Assembly: GCA_951406725.2 (NCBI GenBank)
Contig: OX597814.1
Span: 211,730,001 to 211,794,000, forward strand
Origin: Octopus vulgaris
Taxonomy: Eukaryota
Reading direction: 5' to 3'
Length of the DNA: 64,000 nucleotides
Shown here: in pieces, positions 27,492 to 39,675 of the stretch
Layout of the letters: each line of letters begins with the position of its first letter
Position numbering within the stretch: the stretch's first letter is position 1
The notes under the pieces: generated by a model
Told to the model about the DNA's origin: nothing
The model's input: the letters and a program-made list of their open reading frames with translations, nothing else
The model's database searches: none
Made by a program: the position numbers and the translations under genes

Positions 27492-27856
27492 ACAGATCAA
27501 TATTCAAGAAATGAGTAATTATGTACAATATATACTTTATTTACATTTGACGGATATTTATCCTCATCTTGTTTGTTGTTAACACAACGTTTTGGCTAAT
27601 ATACCCTACAACCTTTATTAGGTGTCTTGGGGAAATTTTGAACCTGAGTTCTCATTCCTAAGTTCTCATATTTTCCGATGTTGTTGTTGTTGTTATTATC
27701 ATTATTATTATTATTATTCAGGTCAATGCCTGGAATTGAACTCGGAATCTTGGGGTTAGTAGCCCGCTCTTAGCCACTACGCCCACGGGCATATGGCGAA
27801 GTGGTTAAGAGGGCGGGCTACTAACATCCGTCAATTGTAAATAATGTAAATAATGT
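27492..27856 (-). mobile_element. tRNA-headed small retroelement with decayed hammerhead motif plus inverted partial copy
   Basis: Minus strand: tRNA-like head (GGCGTAGTGG, GAGTTCAATTCC), (AAT)n, hammerhead-like fold at 27581-27626, tail. Plus strand 27787-27856: head fragment fused directly to tail fragment. Confidence 0.65.
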
Positions 27857-27912
27857 TATGAACTGAGCGTGAAGGTTGTGTGTATGCGTGTAGACATACT
27901 TGCATGGGTATG

Positions 27913-27996
<84 letters not shown>

Positions 27997-28127
27997 TATA
28001 TTAAATTAGAGATAAAACCACTATTAGGCAAATCATAGAATGAAAAACGTAAGCCAATACATAAGATTAATTATTTATATTATTTTAAATATATATCAAA
28101 ATTATTAAAAAAACGATAATGGGTATA

Positions 28128-28193
28128 ACACTACGATCGTTTCATGGCTGTCCAATTCGTAAAAATTCGAGTTACAGTCAATCTTCAGGTGAT
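28128..28193 (-). ncRNA. Minimal type I hammerhead ribozyme (PLE-associated)
   Basis: Minus strand: cac-CTGAAGA-ttgactgt...acagccat-GAAAC-gatc-GTA-gtg; intact CUGANGA, GAAA and UH core, palindromic helix III loop, short helix I. Confidence 0.65.
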
Positions 28194-29874
28194 TGAAATA
28201 TCTAAAATATAATCAGAAATATTTAAACAATATTTTAAAGATATAAATAATATATATAATATAATAATTTTACTTATAATAAACTCTATTATCAAACTAG
28301 AGAGGTAGAACTAAACATTTATGATTGTATCCAAATCGACTATAATGTTAAATATTAATTTTAATTTATAAGGTAGGAAACCCACCATAATCTAATATCA
28401 ATATTAGTCTATATCTAATTACATAAATATTTAAAATGACTAATATATATAAATTATCAATGAAAATATATAAATGTATATAAATATTATAATTGAGATC
28501 TAAAATAATCTCTATAAATAATTGTATATGCACATATAATAAAAACATAAATTTAATTTTTCATATTTAAAGATGAAATAGCTAATTTCAAAATACAAAT
28601 AAACAAACTTAAACGAACTTTCGGAAATCTTATGTAAAATACTTTTAGAAATAATCAATTCGTAGTAATATGGTATCGAATAAATACTATAAATACTATA
28701 AGTATAATTATCAATGGGAATAATTATTGAATGTAAATTTAAACAAATAACTAAGTTATACTATTAAATTAGACATGGCCTGGACCAATCTTTAGTCGAA
28801 ACATATCTAAGTTTATCAAAGTTTATTTAATTTAATTATAAATTTAAAACTACAATTAATACTATTAAAACATGTATATACAAAGCCTAATTTAATACAC
28901 CTAGTATGCTTGCTATCAAATAACAAATCTATCGTTAAGAAGTATCTAACGAATAAACTTAAATTTAATATCTAATAATATAGAAAATTACGATAATTAG
29001 ATCATTACATAAACAACGATATTTACCTAAGGAGAATATTATTACTCCAAAGGCTTATACAATATTAAAATTTGCAATTTGATAATCTTAAATAAATACA
29101 TACTTATCTTAGCGAGGTTTAACAATGAACTAACATTTTGAATCAGAAAACGTCTTTTACAGCGTTTATAAGAATACTCGTGGAATTACGTTATTAGCAA
29201 CAAAAAACAAGAATGAATTGTTGAAGAATTCATTACGCGTGAGGAACCTACGTTTTATTAAAGATTGTGAATGGGAAAATTATTGTTTATCATTGTAAAT
29301 AGAATGACGTCACAAATAAAGAATGAAATCTCTCTATACTATAATATTTATTAATAAAATAACTATGATAAATGAAATTTAATACAAAATAAATTAAATG
29401 ATTAAAATGATTAAAAACCACTAATTATTAAATATATTCTAAAAATCTTATAAGATTAGTAAATATATAAAAAAAAAATGTATATAGTAACCCCTCAACA
29501 TACTCTAAATTGTTTCCCATGCCCTTATAATTATAAGCTAAATTTAGTGTTCATAACAAAATCTATAAATACTTATCAAAATTTGTAGTATAACTATACA
29601 GACGTATACATAAATATATAAGAAAATATACATACATATACATTTATATACATATATATACATATATATATATATATACATACATATACATATACATACA
29701 AATATACACATACATACACACATACATACATATACATATATACACACATATATACACACACCTACACACATACACATATGCACACTCATACATACATGTA
29801 CATACAATACTCAATATATACACCTACAACTATATATACACACCCACACACATACACATAAATAAATGTATATA

Positions 29875-29960
29875 CATCATCATCATGGAATTTACCATGC
29901 TACGCCAGACTTCACGGTCCATCATGGCATTACGGAGGTCCTGTTGCTAGATGCCTGTAT
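29875..29960 (-). mobile_element. RTE-type LINE 3' fragment nested in the PLE 3' region
   Basis: Reverse complement is nearly identical to 4933-5008, followed by a (GAT)n tail. Confidence 0.85.
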
Positions 29961-30495
29961 ACACATACATATATATATACACACATCATCATATACACAT
30001 ATATACATACACACACAACCACATATATTATATAATAGATAGATATATAAATGTCTATAATCATACTACAATACAAAATAGAGGTAAATATTAAGTTAAA
30101 TCTAAATAATTAATCTACTAATCTATACTTCTATATTAAATAAAATAGATTAAATAAACAACTAAATACAAATAGATTAATATAACAAAATTATAATTTA
30201 ACGAAATTATAATAGAAATATAACAAAATATATAAAATAAATAAAATTGTAACTTACCAGACTCTATATTCAATAAACCATTAAATATTTATTAAAAATA
30301 TATTTAGTAATAAAATGAACAACTATATATAATCTAACTATTATTAAAAACAGAACCTAAATAACTAAGATAAACTAATATAATAAGTACTACAAATCAC
30401 CTGGTATATTTATAATACTATTACATAAAACAACAAATAGGGAGCTAAATAAGGCTAAGAAATAATCATTATTTATCAAGAAATTTATTATATAA

Positions 30496-30807
30496 TTAAA
30501 GTAACATGTGTCTGCATTTTATTTTTCGCTCATCACAGATATTCAGTAAATTATCATGCTTATAAAATAAAATTTCCTTAAACTCATTAGAACATAAATA
30601 ACAAAAATTCGCTCCTATACTATATGATTTAGTTTTACTAATTATTTCCCAAGATAAATTATAATTAATATTTTGGGATTTAAGTCTCCAAATGTACTTG
30701 CTAAGTCCAGTGGAGTTAATTAAATTTTTATTTTTAAATGAATTCATATGTTGTGCGATTCTTAATTTTATTTTCGAGGAAGTGGACCCTATATATATCG
30801 CGTTTGA

Positions 30808-30860
<53 letters not shown>

Positions 30861-31304
30861 CATGTAATGTAACTACACATTTATACACTACATCGTTAAT
30901 ATCACATTTATTATTTAATTTACATTTAGTTTTATCTCTACATGTACAGTTAATTAGTGTCTTGTCTTTATTATTGGTGTTATTATGTAATTTATTTTTA
31001 TAAAAATTATTCAGTTTAAATTTGTTAAAAGAAGAAATAATGTTACTTACACTATTAGTGGTGGAATAACCTACTCCGAAATTATTTCTAGAGAAAATGT
31101 TTTTATATTTACGATTATCTCGAATAAATAGTTCAATAATATCTAAAATCTCTTTAATAATGTTCGTTTTAACTTGAGCACCATAAGGAACTATTATCCA
31201 AATTTTATTCTTATTTTCCTTCTTTTTGTTATTAAAACTGGTGGTAATAGGAGAAGTAATAGTAGTAGTAGTGATGGTGGAGGTAATAGTAGTAGTAGTA
31301 GTAA

Positions 31305-31352
<48 letters not shown>

Positions 31353-31353
31353 C

Positions 31354-31417
<64 letters not shown>

Positions 31418-31455
31418 CCACCGCCACCACCAGCAGTAGTAGACAGATTTGTATA
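30496..31455 (-). CDS. PLE polyprotein C-terminal part: linker, Cys-rich motif and GIY-YIG endonuclease (partial, no start codon)
   Basis: Stop-free frame of about 320 codons: poly-Thr, KIWIIVPYGAQVKTNI...KNIFSRNNFGVGYSTT...NCTCRDKTKCKLNNKCDINDVVYKCVV-polyN-AIYIGST...RIAQH..SF...NSTGLSKYIW.LK...CYLCSNE...LLN...CRH. Confidence 0.8.
31259..31440. repeat. (AGT)n microsatellite
   Basis: Directly visible; reads as poly-Thr in the PLE frame. Confidence 0.95.
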
Positions 31456-31810
31456 TCAGTGAAATACACCCCTACTGAAATTTTGGAAGAACAAATAACT
31501 TTGAAGTACACTCTCAAGGAAAGAGTATTCATAACCAGATTAAGTAAAAAAAAGACCAGATACGGTATTAAAAGCATTTAGCGAAATTGGGGAGCAGTAT
31601 TTACAGTAGTGTAATAAACTCTCATTCTGGCGGATTGACGCCTGTCTAAATGCCTTGTCTACTATTGCAAAGCAATACATCAACGACATTAAAAAAGTGA
31701 GAAAAAAACAGAAACAACAAAGAAAGTGACATCATCAGTTTGAAGACAGATGCTCATTGCGTACAACGAAACAATTCAATGCGTCTCACCAACAATGAAA
31801 AAACTTTTTA
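31441..31810 (+). mobile_element. R4/Dong-like non-LTR retrotransposon, upstream segment
   Basis: Degenerate translation TLKERVFITRLSKK...KLSFWRIDACLNALSTIAKQYINDIKKVRK...MKKLFTKMFD runs into the array and continues after it. Confidence 0.6.
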
Positions 31811-34800
31811 CGAAAATGTTTGATGAATGTATTTGATGAAAATGTTTGATGAAAATGTTTGATGAAAAATGTTTGACGAAAATGTTTGATGAAACTGTAT
31901 GATGAAAATATTTGATGATAAAAGTCTGATGAAAATATTTAATTAAAATGTTTGATGAACATGTTTGTTGAAATATGTTTAATGAAAATGTTTGATGAAA
32001 ATGTTTGATGAAGATGTTCGACGAAAATGTTCGACGAAAATGTTCGACGAAAATGTTTGACGAAAATGTTTGATGAAAATTGTTGATGAAAACGTATAAT
32101 GATAAATGTTTGATGAAAATGTTTGATGAAAATGTTTGATGAAAATTGGTGATGAAAATGTATGATAAAAGTTTGATAAAAATGTTTGTTGAAAATGTTT
32201 GATGAAAATGTTTGATAAAAATGTTCAACGAAAATGTTCGACGAAAATGTTCGTCGAAAATGTTTGACGAAAATGTTTGATGAAAATTGTTGATGAAAAT
32301 GTATAATGATAAATGTTTGATGAAAATGTTCAATGATAAATGTGGGATGAAAAATGTTTGATAATGTTTCATGAAAATGTTTGATCATAAATGTTTCATG
32401 AAAATGTTTGATGAAAATGTTCGACGAAAATGTTCGACGAAAATGTTTGACGAAAATGTTTGATGAAAATTGTTGATGAAAACGTATAATGATAAATGTT
32501 TGATGAAAATGTTTGATGAAAATGTTTGATGAAAATTGGTGATGAAAATGTATGATAAAAGTTTGATAAAAATGTTTGTTGAAAATGTTTGATGAAAATG
32601 TTTGATAAAAATGTTCGACGAAAATGTTTGACGAAAATGTTTGATGAAAATTGTTGATGAAAATGTATAATGATAAATGTTTGATGAAAATGTTCAATGA
32701 TAAATGTGGGATGAAAAATGTTTGATAATGTTTCATGAAAATGTTTGATCATAAATGTTTCATGAAAATGTTTGATGAACATATTTGATGAAGAATGTTT
32801 AATGAAAATGTTTGATGAAAATGTTTGATTAAATTTTTGATGAAAATGATAAATGTTTAATGATAAATGTTTGCTGAAAAATGTTTGCTGAAAATGTTTG
32901 ATGAAAATGTTTGATGAAAATGTTGGATGATGAAAATGTTGGATGAAAATGTTTGATGACAACTTTTGTTGAAAATGTTTGATGAAAATGTTTGATGAAA
33001 ATGTTCGACGAAAATGTACGACGAAAATATTCGACGAAAATGTTTGACGAAAATGATTGATGAAAATTGTTGATGAAAATATATAATGATAAATGTTTGA
33101 TGAAAATGTTTGATGAATATATTTGATGAAAAATATTTGATGAAAATGTTTCATGAAAAGATTTAATGAAAATATATTCATGAAAAATGTTTGATGAAAA
33201 TGTTTGATCATAAATGTTTCATGAAAATGTTTGATGAAAATGTTTTATGATAAATGTTTGATAATAAATGTTTGATAAAAATGTTTAATAAAAATGTTTC
33301 ATGATAATATTTGATGAAAATATTTAATGAAAAATGTTTGATGAAAATGTTTGATGAAAATTTTTGAATAAATTTTTGATGAAAATGTTTCATGATAAAT
33401 GTTTGATGAAAATGTTTGATGAAAATTGTTGATGAAAATGTTGATGATAAATGTTTGATGAAAATTTTCCACGAAAGTGTTCGACGAAAATGTTCGTGGA
33501 AAATGTTTGACGAAAATTGTTGATGAAAATGTATTATGATAAATGTTTGATGAAAATGTTTAATGATAAATGTTGGATGAAAAATATTTGATGAAAATGC
33601 TTGATGAAAATGTTTCATCACAAATGTTTCATGAAAATATTTGATGAAAAATGTTTAATGAAAATGTTTGCTGAAAATGTTTGATGTAAATTGTGGATGA
33701 AAATGTTTGATGAAAATTTTTGTTGAAAATGTTTAATGAAAATGTTTGATGAAAATGTTCGACGAAAATGTTCGGCGAAAATGTTTGATGAAAATGTTTG
33801 ATGAATATATTTGATGAAAAATATTTGATGAAAATGTTTGATGAAAATATTTAATGAAAATATTTTGATGAAAAATGTTTGATGAAAATATTTGATGAAA
33901 ATGTTTGATGATAAATGTTGGATGAAAATGTTTCATGAAAATGTTCGACGAAAATTTTCGACGAAAGTGTTCGATGAAAATGTTCGTCGAAAATGTTCGT
34001 CGAAATGATCGTCGAAAATGTTTGTCAAAAATGTTTGACGAAAATTGTTGATGAAAATGTATAATGATAAATGTTTGATGAAAATGTTTAATGAAAAATG
34101 TTGGATGAAAAATGTTTGATGGAAATGTCTCATGAAAATATTTGATGAAAATATTTGAGGAAAAATGTATGAAAATGTTTGATGAAAATGTTTTATTAAA
34201 TTTTTGATGAAAATGTTTAATGCTAAATGTATGCTGAAAATGTTTGATGAAAATGTTTGATGAAAATGCTCGACAAAAATGTTCGACGATAATGTTCGAC
34301 GAAAATGTTCGACGATAATGTTCGACGAAAATGTTCGACGAAAATGTTCGACGAAAATGTTTGATGAAAATGTTTGATGAAAATTGTTGATGAAAATGAT
34401 GATAAATGTTTGATGAAAATGTTTCATGAAAATGTACTACGAAAAATTTCGACGAAAGTGTTCGACGAATATGTTCGTCGAAAATCATCGTCGAAAATGT
34501 TTGTCAAAAATATTCGACGAAAATGTTTGACGAAAATGATTGATGAAAATTGTTGATGAAAATGTATAATGATAAATGTTTGATGAAAATGTTTAATGAT
34601 AAATGTTGAATGAAAAATGTTTGATGAAAATAATTGATGAAAATGTTACATCACAAATGTTTCATTAAAATGTTTCATGAAAATATTTGATGAAAAGTTT
34701 TGAAAATGTTCGACGAAAATGTTCGGCGAAAATGTTTGAAAAAAATGTTTGATGAAAATTGTTGATGAAAATGTATAATGATAAATGTTTGATGAAAATG

Positions 34801-37800
34801 TTTCATGAATATATTGGATGAAAAATGTTTGATGAAAATGATTCATGAAAATATTTAATGACAATATTTTGATGAAAAATGTTTGATGATAATGTTTGAT
34901 GAAAATGTTTGATGAAAATGATTCATGGAAATATTTGAGGAAAAAGTTTGATGATAATGTTTGATGAAAATGTTTGATTAGAAATGTTTCATGAAAATAT
35001 TTGAGGAAAAAGTTTGATGATAAATGTTTGTAGAAATATGTTTCATGAAAATGTTTGATGATAAATGTTTGATAAAAAATGTTTGATGAAAATGTCCCAT
35101 GAAAATATTTTAAGTAAATATTTGATGAAAAATGTATGGTAAATAGTTGCTGAAAATGTTTGATGAAAATGTTTGATGAAATGTTTGATGAAAATGCTCG
35201 ACGAAAATTTTCGACGAATATGTTCGACGAAAATGTTCGACGAAAATGTTCGACGAAAATGTTTGATGAGAATGTTTAATGAATATAAATGATGAAAATG
35301 TTTGTTCATAAATGTTTCATGAAAATGTTTGATGAAAATATTTGATGATAAATGTTTGATGATAAATGTTTGATAAAAAATGTTTGATGAAAATGTCTCA
35401 TGAAAATATTTGACGTAAATGTTTGATGAAAATGTTCTACGAAAATGTTCAACGAACATGTTCGACGAAAATGTTTCACGAAAATGTTTGCCGAAAATGT
35501 TTGACGAAAATTGTTGATGAAAATGTATAATGATAAATGTTTGATGAAAATGTTTGATGAATATATTTGATGAAAAATATTTGATGAAAATTTTTTATGA
35601 AAATGTTCGATGAAAATCTTCGAAAAAAATATTCGACGAAAATGTTCGGCGAAAATGAAAAATATGTTTGATGAAAATTGGTGATGAAAATGTATAATGA
35701 TAAATGTTTGATGAAAATTTCTGATGAATATATTTGATGAAAAATATTTGATGAAAATGATTCATGAAAATATTTAATGAAAATATTTTGATGAAAAAAG
35801 TTTGATGAAAATGTTTGATCATAAATGTTTCATGAAAATGTTTGAGAAAAATTTTTGATGATAAAAGTTTGTAGAAAAATGTTTCATGAAAATGTTTGAT
35901 GATAAATGTTTGATAAAAAATGTTTGATGAAAATGTTTCATGAAAATATTTGATGAAAATATTTAAAGAAAATGTTTGATGAAATTGTTTGTTGAAAATG
36001 ATTGATGAAAATGTTTGATGAAAATATTTTGATGAAAAATGTTTGATGAAAATGTTTGATGAAAATGTTTGATGAAAATGTTTGATGAAAATGTTCGACG
36101 AAAATGTTCGACGAAAATGTTCGACGAAAATGTTCGACGAAAATGTTCGACGAAAATGTTTGATGAAAATTGTTGATAAACAGTTGATAAAATGTTTGAC
36201 GAAAATGTTTGATGAAAATATTCGACGAAAATTTTCGTCGAAAATGTTCGACGAAAAAATCCGTCGAAAAATGTTTCACGGAAATTGTTGATGAAAATGT
36301 ATCATGTTTGATGAAAATGTTTGATGAAAATATTTAATGAAAATATGATTAAATTTTTGATGAACATGTTTAATTTTCATCAAATATGAAAATATTTTGA
36401 CGAAAAATGTTTGATGAAAATGTTTGATGAAAATGTTTGATGAAAATGTTTGATGATAAATGTTTGATCAAAATGTTTGATGCAAATGTTTGATGAAAAT
36501 GTTTGATGGAAATGTTCGACGATGTTCGACGAAAATGTTCGGCGAAAATGTTTGATGAAAATGTTTGATGAATATATTTGATGAAAAATATTTGATGAAA
36601 ATGTTTGATGAAAATGTTTGAAAATATTTGTTGAAAATATTTTGATGAAAAATGTTTGATGAACATGTTTAATTTTCATCAAATATGAAAATATTTTGAC
36701 GAAAAATTTTTGATGAAAATGTTTTATGAAAATGTTTGATCATAAATGTTTGATGAAAATGTTTGATGAAAAATGGTTGATGAAAATGTTTGATGAAAAT
36801 GTTTGATCATAAATGTTTCATGAAAATGATGAAAATGTTTGATGATAAATATTTGATGAAAATGTTTGATGCAAATGTTTGATGAAAATGTTCGGCGAAA
36901 ATGTTTGATGAAAATGTTTGATGAATATATTTGATGAAAAATATTTGATGAAAATGTTTAATGAAAATATTTGATGAAAATATTTTGATGAAAAATGTTT
37001 GATGAAAATGTTTGATGAAAATGTTTGATGAAAATATTTGATGATAAATGTTTCATGAAAATATTTGATGATAAATGTTTGCGGAAAATGTTTCCTGAAA
37101 ATGTAACTAAATATACATAAAAGCATACATGCATACATACATACATACATACATACATACATACATACATACATACATAAATACATACATACATGTTTGA
37201 TGAAAATGTTTGATGAAAATGTTTGATGGATATGTTTGATGAAAATGTTCGACGAAAATGTTCGGCGAAAATGTTTGATGAAAATGTATGATGAATATAT
37301 TTGATGAAAAATATTTGATGAAAATGTTTAATTGAAAATATTTGATGAAAATATTTTGATGAAAAATGTTTGATGAAAATGTTTGTTGAAAATGTTTGAT
37401 GAAAATATTTGATGATAAATGTTTGATGAAAATATTTAATGATAAATGTTTGCGGAAAATGTTTCCTGAAAATGTTTGATGAAATTGTTTGATGAAAATA
37501 TTTGATGAAAATGTTTGATGAAAATCTTTGATGAAGATGTTTGCTCATAAATGTTTGATGATAAATGTTTGATGAAAAATGGTTGATGAAAATGTTTGAT
37601 GAAAATGTTTGATCATAAATGTTTCATGAAAATGTTTGATGAAAATGTTTGATTAAATTTTTGATGAAAATATTTAATGATAAATGTTTGCTGAAAATGT
37701 TTGATGAAGATGTTTGATGAAAATGTTTGATGGATATGTTTGATGAAAATATTTGATTGAATGTTTGATGAAAATATTTCATGAAAATATTTCATGAAAA

Positions 37801-39675
37801 TATTTTGATGAAAAATGTTTGATGAAAATGTTTGATGAAAATGTTTGATGAAAATATTTGATGTAAATATTTGATGAAAATGTTTGATTAAATGCTTGAT
37901 GAAAATGTTTCATGAAAATATTTGATGAAAATGTTTGATGCAAATGTTTGATGAAAATGTTTGATGAAAATATTTTGATGAAAAATGTTTGATGAAAATG
38001 TTTGAATAAAATGTTTGATGAAAATGTTTGATGAAAATATTTTGATGAAAAATGTTTTATGAAAATGTTTGATGAAAATGTTTGATGAAAATGTTTGATG
38101 ATAAATGTTTGATGAAAAATGTTTGATGAAAATGTTTGATGAAAATGTTTGATCATAAATGTTTCATGAAAATATTTGATGATAAATGTTTGATGAAAAT
38201 GTTTGATGAAAATGTTTGATTAAATTTTTGATGAAAATATTTAATGATAAATGTTTGATGAAAATGTTTGATGAAAATGTTTGATGAAAATGTTTGATGA
38301 AAATATTTGATGAAAATGTTTGATGAAAATGTTTGATGAAAATGTTTGATGATTAATGTTTGATGATAAATGTTTGATGAAAAATGGTTTGATGAAAATG
38401 TTTGATGAAAATGTTTGATCATAAATGTTTCATGAAAATGTTTGATGAAAATATTTAAAGATAAATGTTTGCGGAAAATGTTTGCTGAAAATGTATGATG
38501 AAGATGTTTGATGAAAATGTTTGATGGATATGTTTGATGAAAATGTTTGATTAAATGTTTGATGAAAATATTTCATGAAAATATTTGATGAAAATATTTT
38601 GATCTTTTTTGATCAAAATATTTGTTTGATGAAAATGTTTGATGAAAATGTTTGATGAAAATGTTTGATGAAAATATTTGACGTAAATATTTGATGAAAA
38701 TGTTTGATTAAATGCTTGATGGAATTGTTTCATGAAAATATTTGATGAAAATGTTTGATGCAAATGTTTGATGAAAATGTTTGATGAAAATATTTTGATG
38801 AAAAATGTTTGATGAAAATGTTTGATGAAAATGTTTGATGAAAATGTTTGATGAAAATATTTGATGTAAATATTTGATGAAAATGTTTGATTAAATGTTT
38901 GATGAAAATGTTTTATGAAAATATTTGATGAAAATATTTTGATGAAAAATGTTTGATGAAAATGTTCGATGAAAATGTTTGATCATAAATGTTTGATGAA
39001 AATGTTTGATGAAAATGTTTCATGAAAATATTTGTTGAAAATATTTGATGAAAATATTTGATGAAAATATTTCATGATAAATGTTTGATGAAAATGTTTG
39101 ATGATAAATTTTTAAATGAAAATATTTCATGAAAATATTTCATGAAAATATTTGATGCAAATGTTTGATGAAAATGTTTCATGAAAATGTTTTATGAAAA
39201 TGTTTGATACGAATGTTTAATGATAAATGTTTGATGAAAATGTTTCATGAAAATGTTTGATGAAAATGTGAAAATGTTTGATGAAAATGTGAAAATGTTT
39301 GATGATAAATGTTTGATGAAAATGTTTGATTACATTTTTGATGAAAATATTTAATGATAAATGTTTGTGGAAAATGTTTGCTGAAAATGTTTGATGAAAT
39401 TGTTTGATGAAAATGTTTGATGAAAATGTTTGATGAAAATCCTTGATGAAAATTTCTGATGATAAATGTTTGATTAAATGTTTGATGAAAATGTTTGATG
39501 AAAATGTTTGATGATAAATATTTGATGAAATATGTTTGATTAAAATACTTGATGAAAATGTTTGATGAAAATTGTTTGATCAAAAATGTTTGATTAAAAT
39601 ACTTGATGAAAATTTTTGATGTAAATTGTTTGATGAAAATGTTTGATGAAAATTTTGATGATAAACGTTTGATGA
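31811..39675. repeat. 13-bp tandem satellite GAAAATGTTTGAT with variants (e.g. GAAAATGTTCGAC)
   Basis: About 600 units; 13-aa periodic pseudo-ORFs (KHFHQTFSSNIFI); higher-order blocks, e.g. 364-bp period at 32372/32736. Confidence 0.97.

Larger units (their letters stand above)
27992..31455 (-). mobile_element. Penelope-like element (PLE), 5'-truncated
   Basis: Linker plus GIY-YIG frame at 30496-31455, long AT-rich 3' region, minimal hammerhead at 28128-28193; terminal 60 bp recurs inverted at ~49328-49393. Confidence 0.75.

Noticed and set aside
27715-27825. Genuine tRNA genes here and at 3605, 8121, 11318, 50719
   Set aside because: A and B boxes are present but there is no complete cloverleaf acceptor stem, and each continues into a repeat body; these are SINE heads
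31776-39583. KHFHQTFSSNIFI-repeat ORFs as zinc-finger-like or His-rich proteins
   Set aside because: A 13-bp unit gives the same 13-aa cycle in all frames; no Cys spacing; frames break constantly
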